The position numbers were made by a program, and so were the translations under genes. Below, piece after piece: positions 8,216-18,321 of a DNA stretch of 62,332 bases. The notes under the pieces are model-generated. The model did not search any database. It had not been told where the DNA came from and saw only the letters and a list, made by a program, of their open reading frames with translations. How positions within the stretch are numbered: position 1 is the first letter of the stretch; every line of letters starts with the position of its first letter. Source of the DNA: an uncultured Candidatus Saccharibacteria bacterium. Its GTDB lineage: Bacteria > Patescibacteriota > Minisyncoccia > Phycocordibacterales > UBA918. The stretch is from positions 1 through 62,332 of the forward strand of contig CAYGJY010000001.1 in NCBI GenBank assembly GCA_964350645.1. Direction: 5' to 3'.

Positions 8216-9421
8216 ATGACAAATCCAGAAGCACTGAATACATTGGGTCCTGTTGAAAAGCTAAAGAGTTTAGCGGAGTCACCTTCGTATACACATATTA
8301 TTGGTGCTCTGCGGGAGAAAGTTCCATTAGTGAGTAAACATGTACTCGAAGGAATTGCAAAAAAATATAATGGTAAAGAGTATCACAACCGCCGTCATAC
8401 AGAAGACACTGTTAAGGCACACTTAGGAACAATGGAGATTGGCAAAAAATTTAATTTGCTTGAAGACCCAGTTGATTTAGAGTTAATCTGTGCTGAACTA
8501 GCAGCCACATTTCATGATGCTGTACATTTTAGAGGAAAAGATGGATTTGGTATGACTGCAGAGCAATACTCGATACAGGAATACAATAAAGCAATTGATC
8601 TGCTGTTGGTATCCATCAGTTTACCGACTGGTTGTGATGAAAATGAATTTGCAGAGGTTAAAGCATTGATTGCTACTGAAGCTAAGCGAAGAGGAGAGGA
8701 ACAAATTGCCATCACGCAGATAAACGTCGCAACAATGCGGGAGGTGCCAGATGAAGAGTTTGGAGATTTTGATAACTATTTGAAAGCAGAGTTCACTGCA
8801 GCAGAAGCTGATAAAATTAGGCAGCATATATTAAATGCTCCACCTAAGGGGGCGTATGTGCTAGATATCAGAACTGATAAACTGACCAGTAGTTCACCGT
8901 TTAGGCTCAAGAGTAAAGTACGTGCTGATGTGGGTTATGGCGGTCGTTCAAACCCAGAGAGTGTTGCTCGAGCAGGAGATGCTGAGTTTATTGAACTTGA
9001 TCGCGAAAAAGATGAGAGTAATCCTGATATTACTAAGAGGCCAGTTGTAAACGTGCTTAAAAATCCATCTCAGTATTCATCTGAAAGAGTCGCCGCAGCA
9101 GTGAACAGTTACCTGGGGCACCTCAATCAACAGCCAGGCTTTTTCTATAACCGCTGGCGGATCGACGAAATGACCTGGCGGGATGATGAGCAGATCAATG
9201 CGAGAGCTCCCGGAGAAAAACAAGAAATAATTACTGCTTTGCGAGCAGATGCTCCAAATTGGAAAGAGGTCACTATGTCGACAATTAAAAGATTTGAAGA
9301 TTTTGATCAAAGATTTAGAAACTTAACCACGGCTAGAGCTTTTGAGGGTGAAGCCGCAAACGACAACTATGAAGAAGTCAAAAAACTTCATCAAGAATTA
9401 ACAGCAAAATTTGCAGCATAA
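8216..9421 (+). CDS. hypothetical protein with N-terminal HD-type phosphohydrolase-like motifs
   Basis: YHNRRHTED ... ATFHDAVHF resembles the H...HD metal site of HD-superfamily proteins. The rest is unrecognised. ATG 8216 lies just after the rsmI stop; the track start at 8189 overlaps rsmI. Confidence 0.5.
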   Translation: MTNPEALNTLGPVEKLKSLAESPSYTHIIGALREKVPLVSKHVLEGIAKKYNGKEYHNRRHTEDTVKAHLGTMEIGKKFNLLEDPVDLELICAELAATFHDAVHFRGKDGFGMTAEQYSIQEYNKAIDLLLVSISLPTGCDENEFAEVKALIATEAKRRGEEQIAITQINVATMREVPDEEFGDFDNYLKAEFTAAEADKIRQHILNAPPKGAYVLDIRTDKLTSSSPFRLKSKVRADVGYGGRSNPESVARAGDAEFIELDREKDESNPDITKRPVVNVLKNPSQYSSERVAAAVNSYLGHLNQQPGFFYNRWRIDEMTWRDDEQINARAPGEKQEIITALRADAPNWKEVTMSTIKRFEDFDQRFRNLTTARAFEGEAANDNYEEVKKLHQELTAKFAA

Positions 9422-9423
9422 AT

Positions 9424-9663
9424 ATGTCAAAAGAATCAGTAGTGTTAGTTTTAGGGGCGTTTGTATTTTTCACGCCGTCACTTGGTGTGCCAAATGCTTG
9501 GAAGGATTATATGATCCTTGGAGCTGGTTTGTTGTTAATGTTGATTGGCTACCTCTTGCGCCGTGCGGCTTATTTGCGCCGTATTGATCAAGGAAATGGG
9601 GAGCGAGCCACCGATACGTTCGTAGAAAACACGAAACCAATAGAATTTGATACACTAGAGTAG
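9424..9663 (+). CDS. small two-TM membrane protein
   Basis: 79 aa with two hydrophobic helices (VVLVLGAFVFFTPSLGV and ILGAGLLLMLIGYLL). Tightly packed, 2 nt after the upstream stop. Confidence 0.45.
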   Translation: MSKESVVLVLGAFVFFTPSLGVPNAWKDYMILGAGLLLMLIGYLLRRAAYLRRIDQGNGERATDTFVENTKPIEFDTLE

Positions 9664-9677
9664 TAATTAATTACTCT

Positions 9678-11057
9678 ATGGCTCGAATTGGACTTCTTAT
9701 CGCAAGCGTAACTGGCTTAATCGCGGTGCTTGGTGTTGGCGGCCCAGAGTTGCTGTCACTTGAATATGAGAGCGAATCATATCGGGCGGAGTTAACTGAT
9801 ATAGCAGCTACACTTGCAAGTAGTACTGAGGCTGAGGTAGTGCCTGCAGTGCCAGACGACCGACCGGTCGTCCGACATGTCCCATTGCCAGCTCAAGTAA
9901 AGAATATCTACATGACGTCGTGTGTCGCTGGGACTCCTAGTTTCCGTCAGGATCTGATTAAACTGGTACAAGAAACAGAGATCAATAGTGTGATTATTGA
10001 TGTGAAGGACTACTCAGGCACTATCTCGTTTCCACCTGAGAGTGATGCCTGGAAGCCAGCCTGGGAAAGTGCTCGCTGTGGGACACGCGACATGCGTGAA
10101 CTGATAGAGACATTGCATCTCAATGATGTGTATGTGATCGCGCGGATTACGGTGTTCCAAGATCCGTTCTACACTCAAGTACGCCCTGACCTTGCAGTGA
10201 AGAAGCTTGATGGCATTACTAACTGGAAAGATGGTAAAGGGTTATCATTTATTGACGTCGCTGCTAAAGATTACTGGGATCATATTGTTGAATTATCAAT
10301 TGATTCGTACAACCTTGGGTTTGATGAATTAAACTTTGACTACGTGCGCTATCCTTCCGACGGCAATATGCAGGATATTTCCTTCCCGCTTAGCCAGGCA
10401 GGTGAGTATGGTGCTGACAAACAGGCCAACCTAGAAGCTTTCTTTAAATATCTCAATGAGCGCCTTGATGATGAGTTGTTGTTTGCCGCTTATCGGCATG
10501 TAAATACAGGACGAGCCAGCAATACGCCGTACACGTCAGCTGACTTGTTTGGGATGACTACAAGCAACACCGACGATCTTTCGATTGGACAAGTGATCGA
10601 GCGAGCCGCGCCGTACTTTGATTTTATTGCGCCGATGGTGTATCCATCGCATTATCCAAACGGTGCGTTTGGTTTAGGGAATCCGAATGATTATCCGTAT
10701 GAAATTGTGAATTACGCTATGGCAGATGGGGTAGAACGAATGATCTCACCAACGACTGTGGTTGAAGGTTTTGCCCATGAACCGATTTATTCTACTAACG
10801 CCAGTGGTACAAAGACGTTTACCGGTACGTACAGTAAGCCGGTCTATGAGGCGAGTAAGCTCCGCACGTGGATTCAGGATTTTGATTATGGCGGGGATTA
10901 TGATGCAGCTGATGTGCGCGCCCAGATCCAAGCGAGCTATGATGCCGGTGTGATGGACTGGATGATTTGGGCCCCAAGTAATCGTTACACCAAAGCAGCC
11001 TTAAAATCACCAGGAGCTTTCGAGGTGGCAACGAGTACAGTGGGTAATCAGTTATAG
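9678..11057 (+). CDS. putative glycoside-hydrolase-like protein (COG1306/DUF4015-like), membrane anchored
   Basis: N-terminal TM segment, then IYMTSCVAGTPSFRQDLIKLVQETEINSVIIDVKDYSGTISF and FDELNFDYVRYPSDG, typical of that TIM-barrel family as I remember it. Confidence 0.55.
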   Translation: MARIGLLIASVTGLIAVLGVGGPELLSLEYESESYRAELTDIAATLASSTEAEVVPAVPDDRPVVRHVPLPAQVKNIYMTSCVAGTPSFRQDLIKLVQETEINSVIIDVKDYSGTISFPPESDAWKPAWESARCGTRDMRELIETLHLNDVYVIARITVFQDPFYTQVRPDLAVKKLDGITNWKDGKGLSFIDVAAKDYWDHIVELSIDSYNLGFDELNFDYVRYPSDGNMQDISFPLSQAGEYGADKQANLEAFFKYLNERLDDELLFAAYRHVNTGRASNTPYTSADLFGMTTSNTDDLSIGQVIERAAPYFDFIAPMVYPSHYPNGAFGLGNPNDYPYEIVNYAMADGVERMISPTTVVEGFAHEPIYSTNASGTKTFTGTYSKPVYEASKLRTWIQDFDYGGDYDAADVRAQIQASYDAGVMDWMIWAPSNRYTKAALKSPGAFEVATSTVGNQL

Positions 11058-11064
11058 CAATGAT

Positions 11065-12009
11065 ATGAAGATTTTAGTTACTGGAGGAGCGGGATTTATT
11101 GGCAGTGCGTTAGCACGGCGCTTGGCTGATGAAGGTCATGAGGTTGTGGTGTTTGATAATTTTAATGAGTATTACAACGTGAGTTTGAAGCGGGCGCGGC
11201 AAACAGCGCTGCTCCAAGGCATTGAAGTTGTTGAAGGTGATATCACCAGCGATTCTGATTTAGGCGCCCTGTTTGCCGCCCATCAGTTCGATGTGGTTGC
11301 ACATTTGGCAGCTCAGGCTGGAGTTCGCTATTCGGTCGAGTGTCCAGAAGTGTATATCGATACTAACGTCAAAGGTACGCAGCTTTTATTTGCCACAATG
11401 CAAAAACATGATGTGAAACGGATGGTGTTTGCCTCGACGTCTTCGGTGTATGGTACTTCGACTGCGGCACCATTTACTGAAGATTCACCAGCAGATCGAC
11501 CGGTATCGATATATGCTGCTACCAAGCGGGCCGGAGAATTGATTGCCCATTCATACCACTCACTCTATGGCATCGAGACGACGTGCCTGCGTTTCTTTAC
11601 AGTCTATGGACCGTGGAGTCGGCCGGATATGGCGATGCTTAAGTTTGCTGAACTCATGCAGGCGGACGCAGCAATCGACGTATATAACGAAGGAAATTTA
11701 CGTCGTGACTTTACCCATGTTGATGATATTGTCACAGGCTTTGTAAAAGCAATCGGCATACCACTTGGCTATGAGATTATTAATCTTGGAAAAGGTTCAC
11801 CGACGGAACTTTTGACATATATCGAACTACTTGAAAAAGCACTTGGTGTGGCAGCTCAAAAGAACTTACTGCCAATGCAACCAGGTGACGTGTTTGAAAC
11901 TTACGCTGATACACAGAAAGCTAAGGAGCTTTTAGAGTTTACGGCTCACGTTGATATCGAATCTGGGGTGCAAACATTTGTGGATTGGTTCAGAGCATAT
12001 CGATCATAA
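11065..12009 (+). CDS. NAD-dependent nucleotide-sugar epimerase (UDP-glucuronate 4-epimerase-like)
   Basis: ILVTGGAGFIGS and catalytic SIYAATKRA (YxxxK); extended-SDR length. Confidence 0.85.
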   Translation: MKILVTGGAGFIGSALARRLADEGHEVVVFDNFNEYYNVSLKRARQTALLQGIEVVEGDITSDSDLGALFAAHQFDVVAHLAAQAGVRYSVECPEVYIDTNVKGTQLLFATMQKHDVKRMVFASTSSVYGTSTAAPFTEDSPADRPVSIYAATKRAGELIAHSYHSLYGIETTCLRFFTVYGPWSRPDMAMLKFAELMQADAAIDVYNEGNLRRDFTHVDDIVTGFVKAIGIPLGYEIINLGKGSPTELLTYIELLEKALGVAAQKNLLPMQPGDVFETYADTQKAKELLEFTAHVDIESGVQTFVDWFRAYRS

Positions 12010-12042
12010 TCTGACTACTGGTTTGGTATACTGTACTGACCT

Positions 12043-14046
12043 ATGGAATTTGATCCAAACAAAATTACTGTTTTCGCTAAGACTGATGCACGGGGTCAAA
12101 ATGTACCCTTTGGCATTAAGGCGCTTGACCGTGGCCGACACATGTACGTGATTGGTAAGACGGGGATGGGGAAGTCAACGCTGCTTGAGAATATGGCAGC
12201 TCAAGATCTTAAAAATGGTGAAGGCATGGCTTTTATTGACCCGCATGGCGCGACGGCCGAGACACTACTCGATTATATTCCGGAAGATCGCAAAGACGAC
12301 GTACTATACTTCGCACCGTTTGACGCTGAGCACCCGGTCGCATTTAATGTTATGGAAGATGTGGGTCCGGATAAGCGCCATTTGGTCGTCTCAGGTTTGA
12401 TGTCGGTCTTTAAGAAAATTTGGGTTGATGCCTGGTCAGCACGTATGGAGTATATTCTCCAAAACACATTGCTGGCACTACTTGAATACCCGGACTCAAC
12501 CTTGCTTGGAGTGAACCGAATGTTGTCCGAAAAGAACTATCGCAAAAAAGTGATCGATAATATTACTGATCCTGCTGTAAAATCATTTTGGGTTGATGAA
12601 TTTTTAAATTACAACGAACGCTACATGCAGGAGGCTGGAGATGCGATTAAAAACAAGATTGGACAGTTTACTGCAAACCCACTAATTCGAAATATTATTG
12701 GACAACCAAAATCGAGTTTTGATATCCGTCAGATGATGGATGAGCGCAAGATTATTATCATGAACCTTTCAAAGGGTTTGGTGGGAGAAAGTAATGCCAA
12801 CTTGCTTGGTTCAATGCTGACAACCCGTATTTATTTGGCGGCTATGAGTCGAGCTGATTTGTCGCAAGAAAAAATGCGTGTCGCACCAAACTTTTATTTT
12901 TACGTCGATGAATTCCAGAGCTTCGCGAACGCTACCTTTGCAGACATTCTCTCGGAGGCACGGAAGTATAAACTTAACCTTACTATTGCACATCAGTATA
13001 TCGAGCAGATGGAAGAAGAGGTACGTAATGCTGTGTTTGGTAACGTCGGTACAATTGTGTCGTTTCGGGTAGGGCCTTTTGATGCTGAGGTGTTGGAGAC
13101 AATCTTCGCACCAAAGTTTTTTGCTGTTGATATTTGTAACTTAGGATTTGCGCAGGTATACCTGACATTGATGATTGACGGCATTGGGTCTGCGCCATTT
13201 TCAGCAGTAACATTACCGCCACTCGAGCGAACCAGTATGTCTTGTAAAGATATGGTGATTCACCGCAGCCGTCAGCAATTTTCGAAGCCACGAGCTGAAG
13301 TTGAGGCGGCAATTGTGAGTTGGCTGGGACAAGATGTTGCTTTGCCGACGAAGTCTGAGGGCGCTAAAGCAAGTTCTCAAAAGGATACTCCAAAACGGTA
13401 TAACGATGGGCGACCGACTAAGGCTCCCTCTGAGAGTAGAAAACGTGGTGACACTGGTGGCACAAGAGATAATAGCTCTAGGACACCTCAGTCAGAACGT
13501 CTGCAGCGAGATTCGTATGATCGGAGTGATAAAAAGCCTACTAAACAGTTGGATGATTTGCGCTCAGTGTTGGCTGGAATGGTCAATAAAGATAGCGCTG
13601 AAGCAAAATCAGCTACAGAAAAGCAATCTACGTCACAAAAATCTGAAGCGAAAACTGCAGCATCAACTCCAGGAACTCAGTCAGTCACTAAGGTGGATAA
13701 ATCAACCGCTGACTCAGCTAGTGATTTGAAATCGACGCTGGCAAGTATGCTGGCGAATCAAACAGCAGCCTCTCCAGCAGACCAACGTCAAGAAAAAAAG
13801 TCTGAAAGTGTCCCACAGCAGGAAAAACAATCACAACTAAAGCAGCGTGATCTGGAAACACAAAGCTCAAAACCAGCACGGCTGACTCAGTCTGAGGGGA
13901 AGCCTCTTGCACCGCCGGCTGATCACGTTGTACCAGTACAAACAACAGCTGAACGATCTGATGAAAAACAAAAAGATCCATTTGACCCAAAAGTGCTTGA
14001 GCGTATGATGCGAGTAAAAACGGGAGACAAGTCGCCGTTGAAGTAG
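12043..14046 (+). CDS. VirD4/TraG/TraD-like P-loop ATPase with long disordered S/K/Q/T-rich C-terminal tail
   Basis: Walker A YVIGKTGMGKST and Walker-B-like FYFYVDEFQSF, followed by LTIAHQY. The last approximately 240 aa are low complexity. Confidence 0.65.
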   Translation: MEFDPNKITVFAKTDARGQNVPFGIKALDRGRHMYVIGKTGMGKSTLLENMAAQDLKNGEGMAFIDPHGATAETLLDYIPEDRKDDVLYFAPFDAEHPVAFNVMEDVGPDKRHLVVSGLMSVFKKIWVDAWSARMEYILQNTLLALLEYPDSTLLGVNRMLSEKNYRKKVIDNITDPAVKSFWVDEFLNYNERYMQEAGDAIKNKIGQFTANPLIRNIIGQPKSSFDIRQMMDERKIIIMNLSKGLVGESNANLLGSMLTTRIYLAAMSRADLSQEKMRVAPNFYFYVDEFQSFANATFADILSEARKYKLNLTIAHQYIEQMEEEVRNAVFGNVGTIVSFRVGPFDAEVLETIFAPKFFAVDICNLGFAQVYLTLMIDGIGSAPFSAVTLPPLERTSMSCKDMVIHRSRQQFSKPRAEVEAAIVSWLGQDVALPTKSEGAKASSQKDTPKRYNDGRPTKAPSESRKRGDTGGTRDNSSRTPQSERLQRDSYDRSDKKPTKQLDDLRSVLAGMVNKDSAEAKSATEKQSTSQKSEAKTAASTPGTQSVTKVDKSTADSASDLKSTLASMLANQTAASPADQRQEKKSESVPQQEKQSQLKQRDLETQSSKPARLTQSEGKPLAPPADHVVPVQTTAERSDEKQKDPFDPKVLERMMRVKTGDKSPLK

Positions 14047-14048
14047 CT

Positions 14049-15446
14049 ATGAAGTGGGGTTGGTTACTAGGATTGGTACTGATGGCACTGCCGAGCGTTA
14101 GTGAGGCAGCCCTCACCATCAATGAAGTAGCCTGGATGGGGACTGACCTTTCCGCCAACGATGAGTGGATTGAGTTATATAATGATGGGGCCAGCCTCAC
14201 TGTCGACGGGTGGACCTTGAGCGATGGGATGAATTTAGAGATTGAACTAGTTGGTACGGTTGGGCCTGGGGAGTACGCTGTACTTGAACGAACCGATGAC
14301 GATTCTGCTCCCGGCAGTGCTTTTTTGCTTTACACAGGTGCGCTACCTAATACAGGTGCAACGTTAGTACTGCGAAATGCATCCGGTGCGATTCAAGATC
14401 AGGTAGCTGGAGGTGAAGATTGGGGTAACATTGGGGGCGACAACGCTACTAAAGAAACAGCTCAATATACGAGTGGTGGTTGGGTGACGAGCAGTGCTAC
14501 TCCCGGCCAACAAAATAGTTTTGTGACAGTACCTGATACTAACGATACGAGCGGTGAAAGCACCGAAACCGAATCTGCCATAGAAAAAAAGACAATCATA
14601 AGTGGTGAAACCAGCAAGAAAAATATTCAAATGAAGTTAGCAGAGAAGAATTTGTCGATTCTCGTCACTGCTCCGAAGATTGCCTACGTGAATCAACCGG
14701 TCACTTTTTCAGCTGAACCAACCGGGCTCGCGCGGGGGCTACTAGAGTCTTTGACATATGTGTGGAACTTTGGCGACATACAAACGACGACCGGTAAGGA
14801 AGTGCAGCACATGTATGGATACCCAGGCACGTATGTGGTCATGTTAACGGCCAGTTACGCGCGCCATAGTGCGTCACTACGACATGAGGTTACGGTGTTA
14901 CCAGTGGCTTTTTCTATAACTCAAAACAGTGCCGGAGATTTGCAGATTAGTAATGATTCTAAGTATGAAATTGACCTTTCTGGTTATAGTGTAAAAGGCA
15001 GTAAGACTATAGTGTTTCCAGAAGACACAATTCTGCTGCCAAACAACACCATTACTATCCCACAAGTGAGACTTGGTGAGAGTGTGGTATATGGCTTGTT
15101 TGATTCAGCAGTCGAACTAGTTGCATCGACAGTTGGAGTAGACAGTACTGTGACCTTGCCTAAGGTGCAAGACGTGCTGCTGGTAAAGGCCACACCACGG
15201 CCTGCACCAAGCATTATTCCAGCATCAGATTTTACTTTTGCTAACGAATCAGTCAAAACAAACAGTGCATCTCAAACAAGTACTAGTAGTGATCGTACAG
15301 TCCCGAAAAATACTGCTACTGTTAATCAAGCTAATCTACCAATTGACGGCAGTACACTTCCGTATCTAGGTTTAGTTGCGTTGCTTACGGTTGGTATTTT
15401 GGGTCTCTATGCCGGGAAGATTACTGACTCTGGAGGACAGGAGTAA
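14049..15446 (+). CDS. surface protein with lamin-tail domain (LTD) and PKD-like domain, C-terminal TM anchor
   Basis: Signal peptide; LTD signature INEVAWMG...NDEWIELYN...ATLVLRN; PKD-like VTFSAEP...WNFGD...GTYVVMLTA; C-terminal LGLVALLTVGILGLYAG. Starts 2 nt after the ATPase stop. Confidence 0.7.
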   Translation: MKWGWLLGLVLMALPSVSEAALTINEVAWMGTDLSANDEWIELYNDGASLTVDGWTLSDGMNLEIELVGTVGPGEYAVLERTDDDSAPGSAFLLYTGALPNTGATLVLRNASGAIQDQVAGGEDWGNIGGDNATKETAQYTSGGWVTSSATPGQQNSFVTVPDTNDTSGESTETESAIEKKTIISGETSKKNIQMKLAEKNLSILVTAPKIAYVNQPVTFSAEPTGLARGLLESLTYVWNFGDIQTTTGKEVQHMYGYPGTYVVMLTASYARHSASLRHEVTVLPVAFSITQNSAGDLQISNDSKYEIDLSGYSVKGSKTIVFPEDTILLPNNTITIPQVRLGESVVYGLFDSAVELVASTVGVDSTVTLPKVQDVLLVKATPRPAPSIIPASDFTFANESVKTNSASQTSTSSDRTVPKNTATVNQANLPIDGSTLPYLGLVALLTVGILGLYAGKITDSGGQE

Positions 15447-16668
15447 GAATTTCTTGGTGCATGCGATCGGCTACAATATCCCAGTCGTATTCTGCTAAGG
15501 CAAGAGTTTGGGCGGCAGTAACACGACGCGCTGTTTCTGTTTCGTCCGCAAACATATTTTTGATCTGAGTTGCCAAATCTTCTGGATCGTCTACTTTGGA
15601 GATATAGCCGGTTTTTAATCCTGCAGGGTGAATGTTGCGTTCACCATCAAATAAGAAATCAACGATGCCACCGACTGGTGTACCAACAACCGGAATCCCA
15701 AATGCGAAGGCCTCAATAAACGAGTTACCCATACCTTCATAGATAGACGGACGTACAAAAACATCAGCGACCGCCAAATATTTAGGGATGTCAGGATAAG
15801 CGACATCACCAACCCAGATGACTCGATCAGCTACACCTTTTTCTTTAGCCAGCGTTCGAAGGGTCATTTCGTGTGGACCGCTACCACAGAGAATGAGTTG
15901 ATAGGTATCAGGCAGGTGAGCGAGTGAAGCTATCAACGCTTCATGTCCACGGCGTGCCACAAGGCGTGTGGTAGAAACCAAGTAGGTGTGTTCACGTATT
16001 AAGCCCAGAGTAGTCTTGATATGATTCGTCTCGGCTTCAGTTACGGGAGCAGTAAAAATAGTAACATCTACACCGTTTGGAATGCGGATCGCTGGAGTCG
16101 TGGTACCCATTGCTTTGGCAACATCAATTTGAAAATTGGAAATAGTTTTAATTATGTCAGCACACTGAAAAGATTTGCGGACGAGTGGAAATGCAAATTT
16201 TAGAGCTGCTTTTCGCTCCTCATATGATCGTCCGTCTTGCATCTCAAGAATATATTTCACCTTTGGGAAGGTACGTTTAAAAAAGAGTGAACCAATCGCT
16301 CCAGTGAAGGCGAGCATACACCAATGGCCGCTAAAACGTTCACGGTGCTGCAGCTGTATACCTTTGAAATACGCTAAAAAAGGAAAGAGGTATTTGTTGA
16401 GTTTCAGCGGCCACTGAGCAAACTCAGTGTTGTCTGCCCCGGGGGAGGAGAGACCAACGCGATAGATTTTAATATAGCCTTTGTCTTCAAAGGTTGGTAG
16501 TTCGCGGCGAATCCGGCAGGTAACAATATGAAATTCATAGCGGTCAGAGAGGCGCTTGGTGAGTTCAGTAATGGCAATTTCTGCGCCACCAATAAATGGA
16601 TCAAATCCCATCGAAAACACGAGGATTTTTGGTCTTGGTTTTAAGTGGTTATTCGCGTTTGCCATCAA
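15421..16668 (-). CDS. glycosyltransferase family 4
   Basis: GT-B / GT4 EX7E region: PSIYEGMGNSFIEAFAFGIPVVGT. Confidence 0.8.
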   Translation of the reverse strand: MMANANNHLKPRPKILVFSMGFDPFIGGAEIAITELTKRLSDRYEFHIVTCRIRRELPTFEDKGYIKIYRVGLSSPGADNTEFAQWPLKLNKYLFPFLAYFKGIQLQHRERFSGHWCMLAFTGAIGSLFFKRTFPKVKYILEMQDGRSYEERKAALKFAFPLVRKSFQCADIIKTISNFQIDVAKAMGTTTPAIRIPNGVDVTIFTAPVTEAETNHIKTTLGLIREHTYLVSTTRLVARRGHEALIASLAHLPDTYQLILCGSGPHEMTLRTLAKEKGVADRVIWVGDVAYPDIPKYLAVADVFVRPSIYEGMGNSFIEAFAFGIPVVGTPVGGIVDFLFDGERNIHPAGLKTGYISKVDDPEDLATQIKNMFADETETARRVTAAQTLALAEYDWDIVADRMHQEILTPVLQSQ

Positions 16669-17521
16669 CTAAATCTTTTACATAGTCACGCACCGACATA
16701 CTTGGTTCCCAGCCGAACTCTTCTTTTATTCGGTCCGTTTCAACTGTTGCACTCATACGATTGCCCGGGCGTTCAGGTAGCATCTCAATGTTGTCAGTAA
16801 AGAGATTGGCTAAATCTAGAATCGAAATAGCTTCATCGCTCCCAATGCCATAACCGTCACCGTGACCTTTTTCACCGATCATAATCAGCGCCCGGACGGT
16901 GTCCTTCACATAAGTGAAGTTTCGCAGCTGAGTGCCAGGAGCAACGACCGTAATCGGCTCGTTTGCCCGCATCAAAGTTTTGAACCGTCCAATGACTGAG
17001 GCATAGGGGCCTTCGGCTAACTCACGAGCACCGTAGTTATTGTAAAAATAGGTAATGGCGTAGGGCAGGTCGAACCACGTGCCATAGTTTTGGACAAGTT
17101 CAGTATTGGTGGCTTTCATCCAAGCGTATGGACTTTGGTTGCGGCCAGTTCCTTGATCAGCAAACTTAGTGCTTGAACCAGCGTAGACAATCTTGCAGTG
17201 GTGAATGCGACAGAATTCTAGTACAGCAAAGGTGCCGGCGACATTGAGTTCCCAGACAGTTTGCACATCGGCAAAACTTTGCTCGATCCGCGAGTATTCT
17301 CCCATATGGTAGACGATGTCAGGCTTCTCAGTAATCAGGGTTGCAATATCTTTGGTGTGGCCGGTAATGTATGTGGCGTTTTTAATATGGCTTGATTCTT
17401 GGCCAATAAAATAATTATCAAGCGAGATGACGCGATTTTGTTCGTCTTTTACGAGCTCTTCGATGAGGTGAGAACCAATGAGGCCGGCCCCACCAGTTAC
17501 AACAATTGTCTTTTTAGTCAT
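16649..17521 (-). CDS. NAD-dependent epimerase/dehydratase
   Basis: IVVTGGAGLIGSHL and SPYAWMKAT (YxxxK). Confidence 0.85.
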   Translation of the reverse strand: MTKKTIVVTGGAGLIGSHLIEELVKDEQNRVISLDNYFIGQESSHIKNATYITGHTKDIATLITEKPDIVYHMGEYSRIEQSFADVQTVWELNVAGTFAVLEFCRIHHCKIVYAGSSTKFADQGTGRNQSPYAWMKATNTELVQNYGTWFDLPYAITYFYNNYGARELAEGPYASVIGRFKTLMRANEPITVVAPGTQLRNFTYVKDTVRALIMIGEKGHGDGYGIGSDEAISILDLANLFTDNIEMLPERPGNRMSATVETDRIKEEFGWEPSMSVRDYVKDLVDGKRE

Positions 17522-17542
17522 ATACGATGGATTGTAGCATGG

Positions 17543-18217
17543 TTAGTAACGGTCAATAATTGTCTTGATTTCCTGTAGTGCTGATTTGAGTCTGGTGGGT
17601 TCCTTAAAGAGCGGGAATAGTTTAGGCAGTAGCGCATGTAACTGGAGTTCTTCTGGGAAGTTGGTTCGTGGGTCTTCAGGTATGTGTGGTGGCTCAAACA
17701 AGACAATTTTGCCAGGTCCGCCGCTACGAGAGGTGTCACTGGCTTCGACGTTGCAGGTAAGGTCTCGATGAGTGAGTTCTTTTTCGATGAGAACGTTGCA
17801 GAGGGTCATTGTGGCTCGGGCTGCATGAGTCCGATCAGTCAAAAAGACAACAGTAGTGAAATTGTGGGCTAAGGCATATTCCAGAGCATCGCTCATTTCA
17901 GTGTGGGTATTGATCGACTGCTCATCTAAGCGAGCGTTTTTGATGACAGTTTCGGCGACTGTTCGTTCAGTGTCTGAAAAGGGAAGTGCCGTCAAGATAT
18001 CGAGTGCGGTGTCGCGAGTAAAGGCAGCCTCACTCCGACCGTCATCAGTCGTAGTGGCACCAGTGCCAATACTTAAAGTAGCTGTTTGTCTAACTGCTTT
18101 CATGAGCCCAAGCGGTAGATGACCGTAGAGGTGTTTTTCAATATTGCCAACTACACAGTCAGTCCATTCACTGACATGAACATTGAGGCCACAAATGTGT
18201 ATAAGGGTTTTGTCCAT
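17543..18217 (-). CDS. hypothetical, DUF218/YdcF-like (weak)
   Basis: Pattern G-T-G...T-x-x-E/M...VVFLTDRTHAARA resembles the YdcF/DUF218 core. It is a paralogue-like neighbour of 18322..18933. Confidence 0.35.
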   Translation of the reverse strand: MDKTLIHICGLNVHVSEWTDCVVGNIEKHLYGHLPLGLMKAVRQTATLSIGTGATTTDDGRSEAAFTRDTALDILTALPFSDTERTVAETVIKNARLDEQSINTHTEMSDALEYALAHNFTTVVFLTDRTHAARATMTLCNVLIEKELTHRDLTCNVEASDTSRSGGPGKIVLFEPPHIPEDPRTNFPEELQLHALLPKLFPLFKEPTRLKSALQEIKTIIDRY

Positions 18218-18263
18218 CGTGTAAAAAATAGTACCACATATAGAGCTGTAAAGTTGTAGATAT

Positions 18264-18320
18264 GAAAACGCGGCCGAAGTAGAAGGACGCTGGTCGCGTT
18301 TTCTTCTTGTTTCGGCCGCC
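18264..18320 (-). terminator. GC-rich hairpin terminator downstream of the 18322..18933 gene
   Basis: On the minus strand, GCGGCCGAA ... TTCGGCCGC stem followed by GTTTTC. A nested GAAAACGCG/CGCGTTTTC pairing is also possible. Confidence 0.5.
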
Positions 18321-18321
18321 G

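Noticed and set aside
15325-15446. LPIDG followed by a hydrophobic helix at the C-terminus of the LTD/PKD protein, as a possible sortase LPXTG signal
   Set aside because: The motif deviates from LPXTG. The tail after the helix (KITDSGGQE) is not the usual cluster of positive charges, so it is treated as a plain TM anchor.
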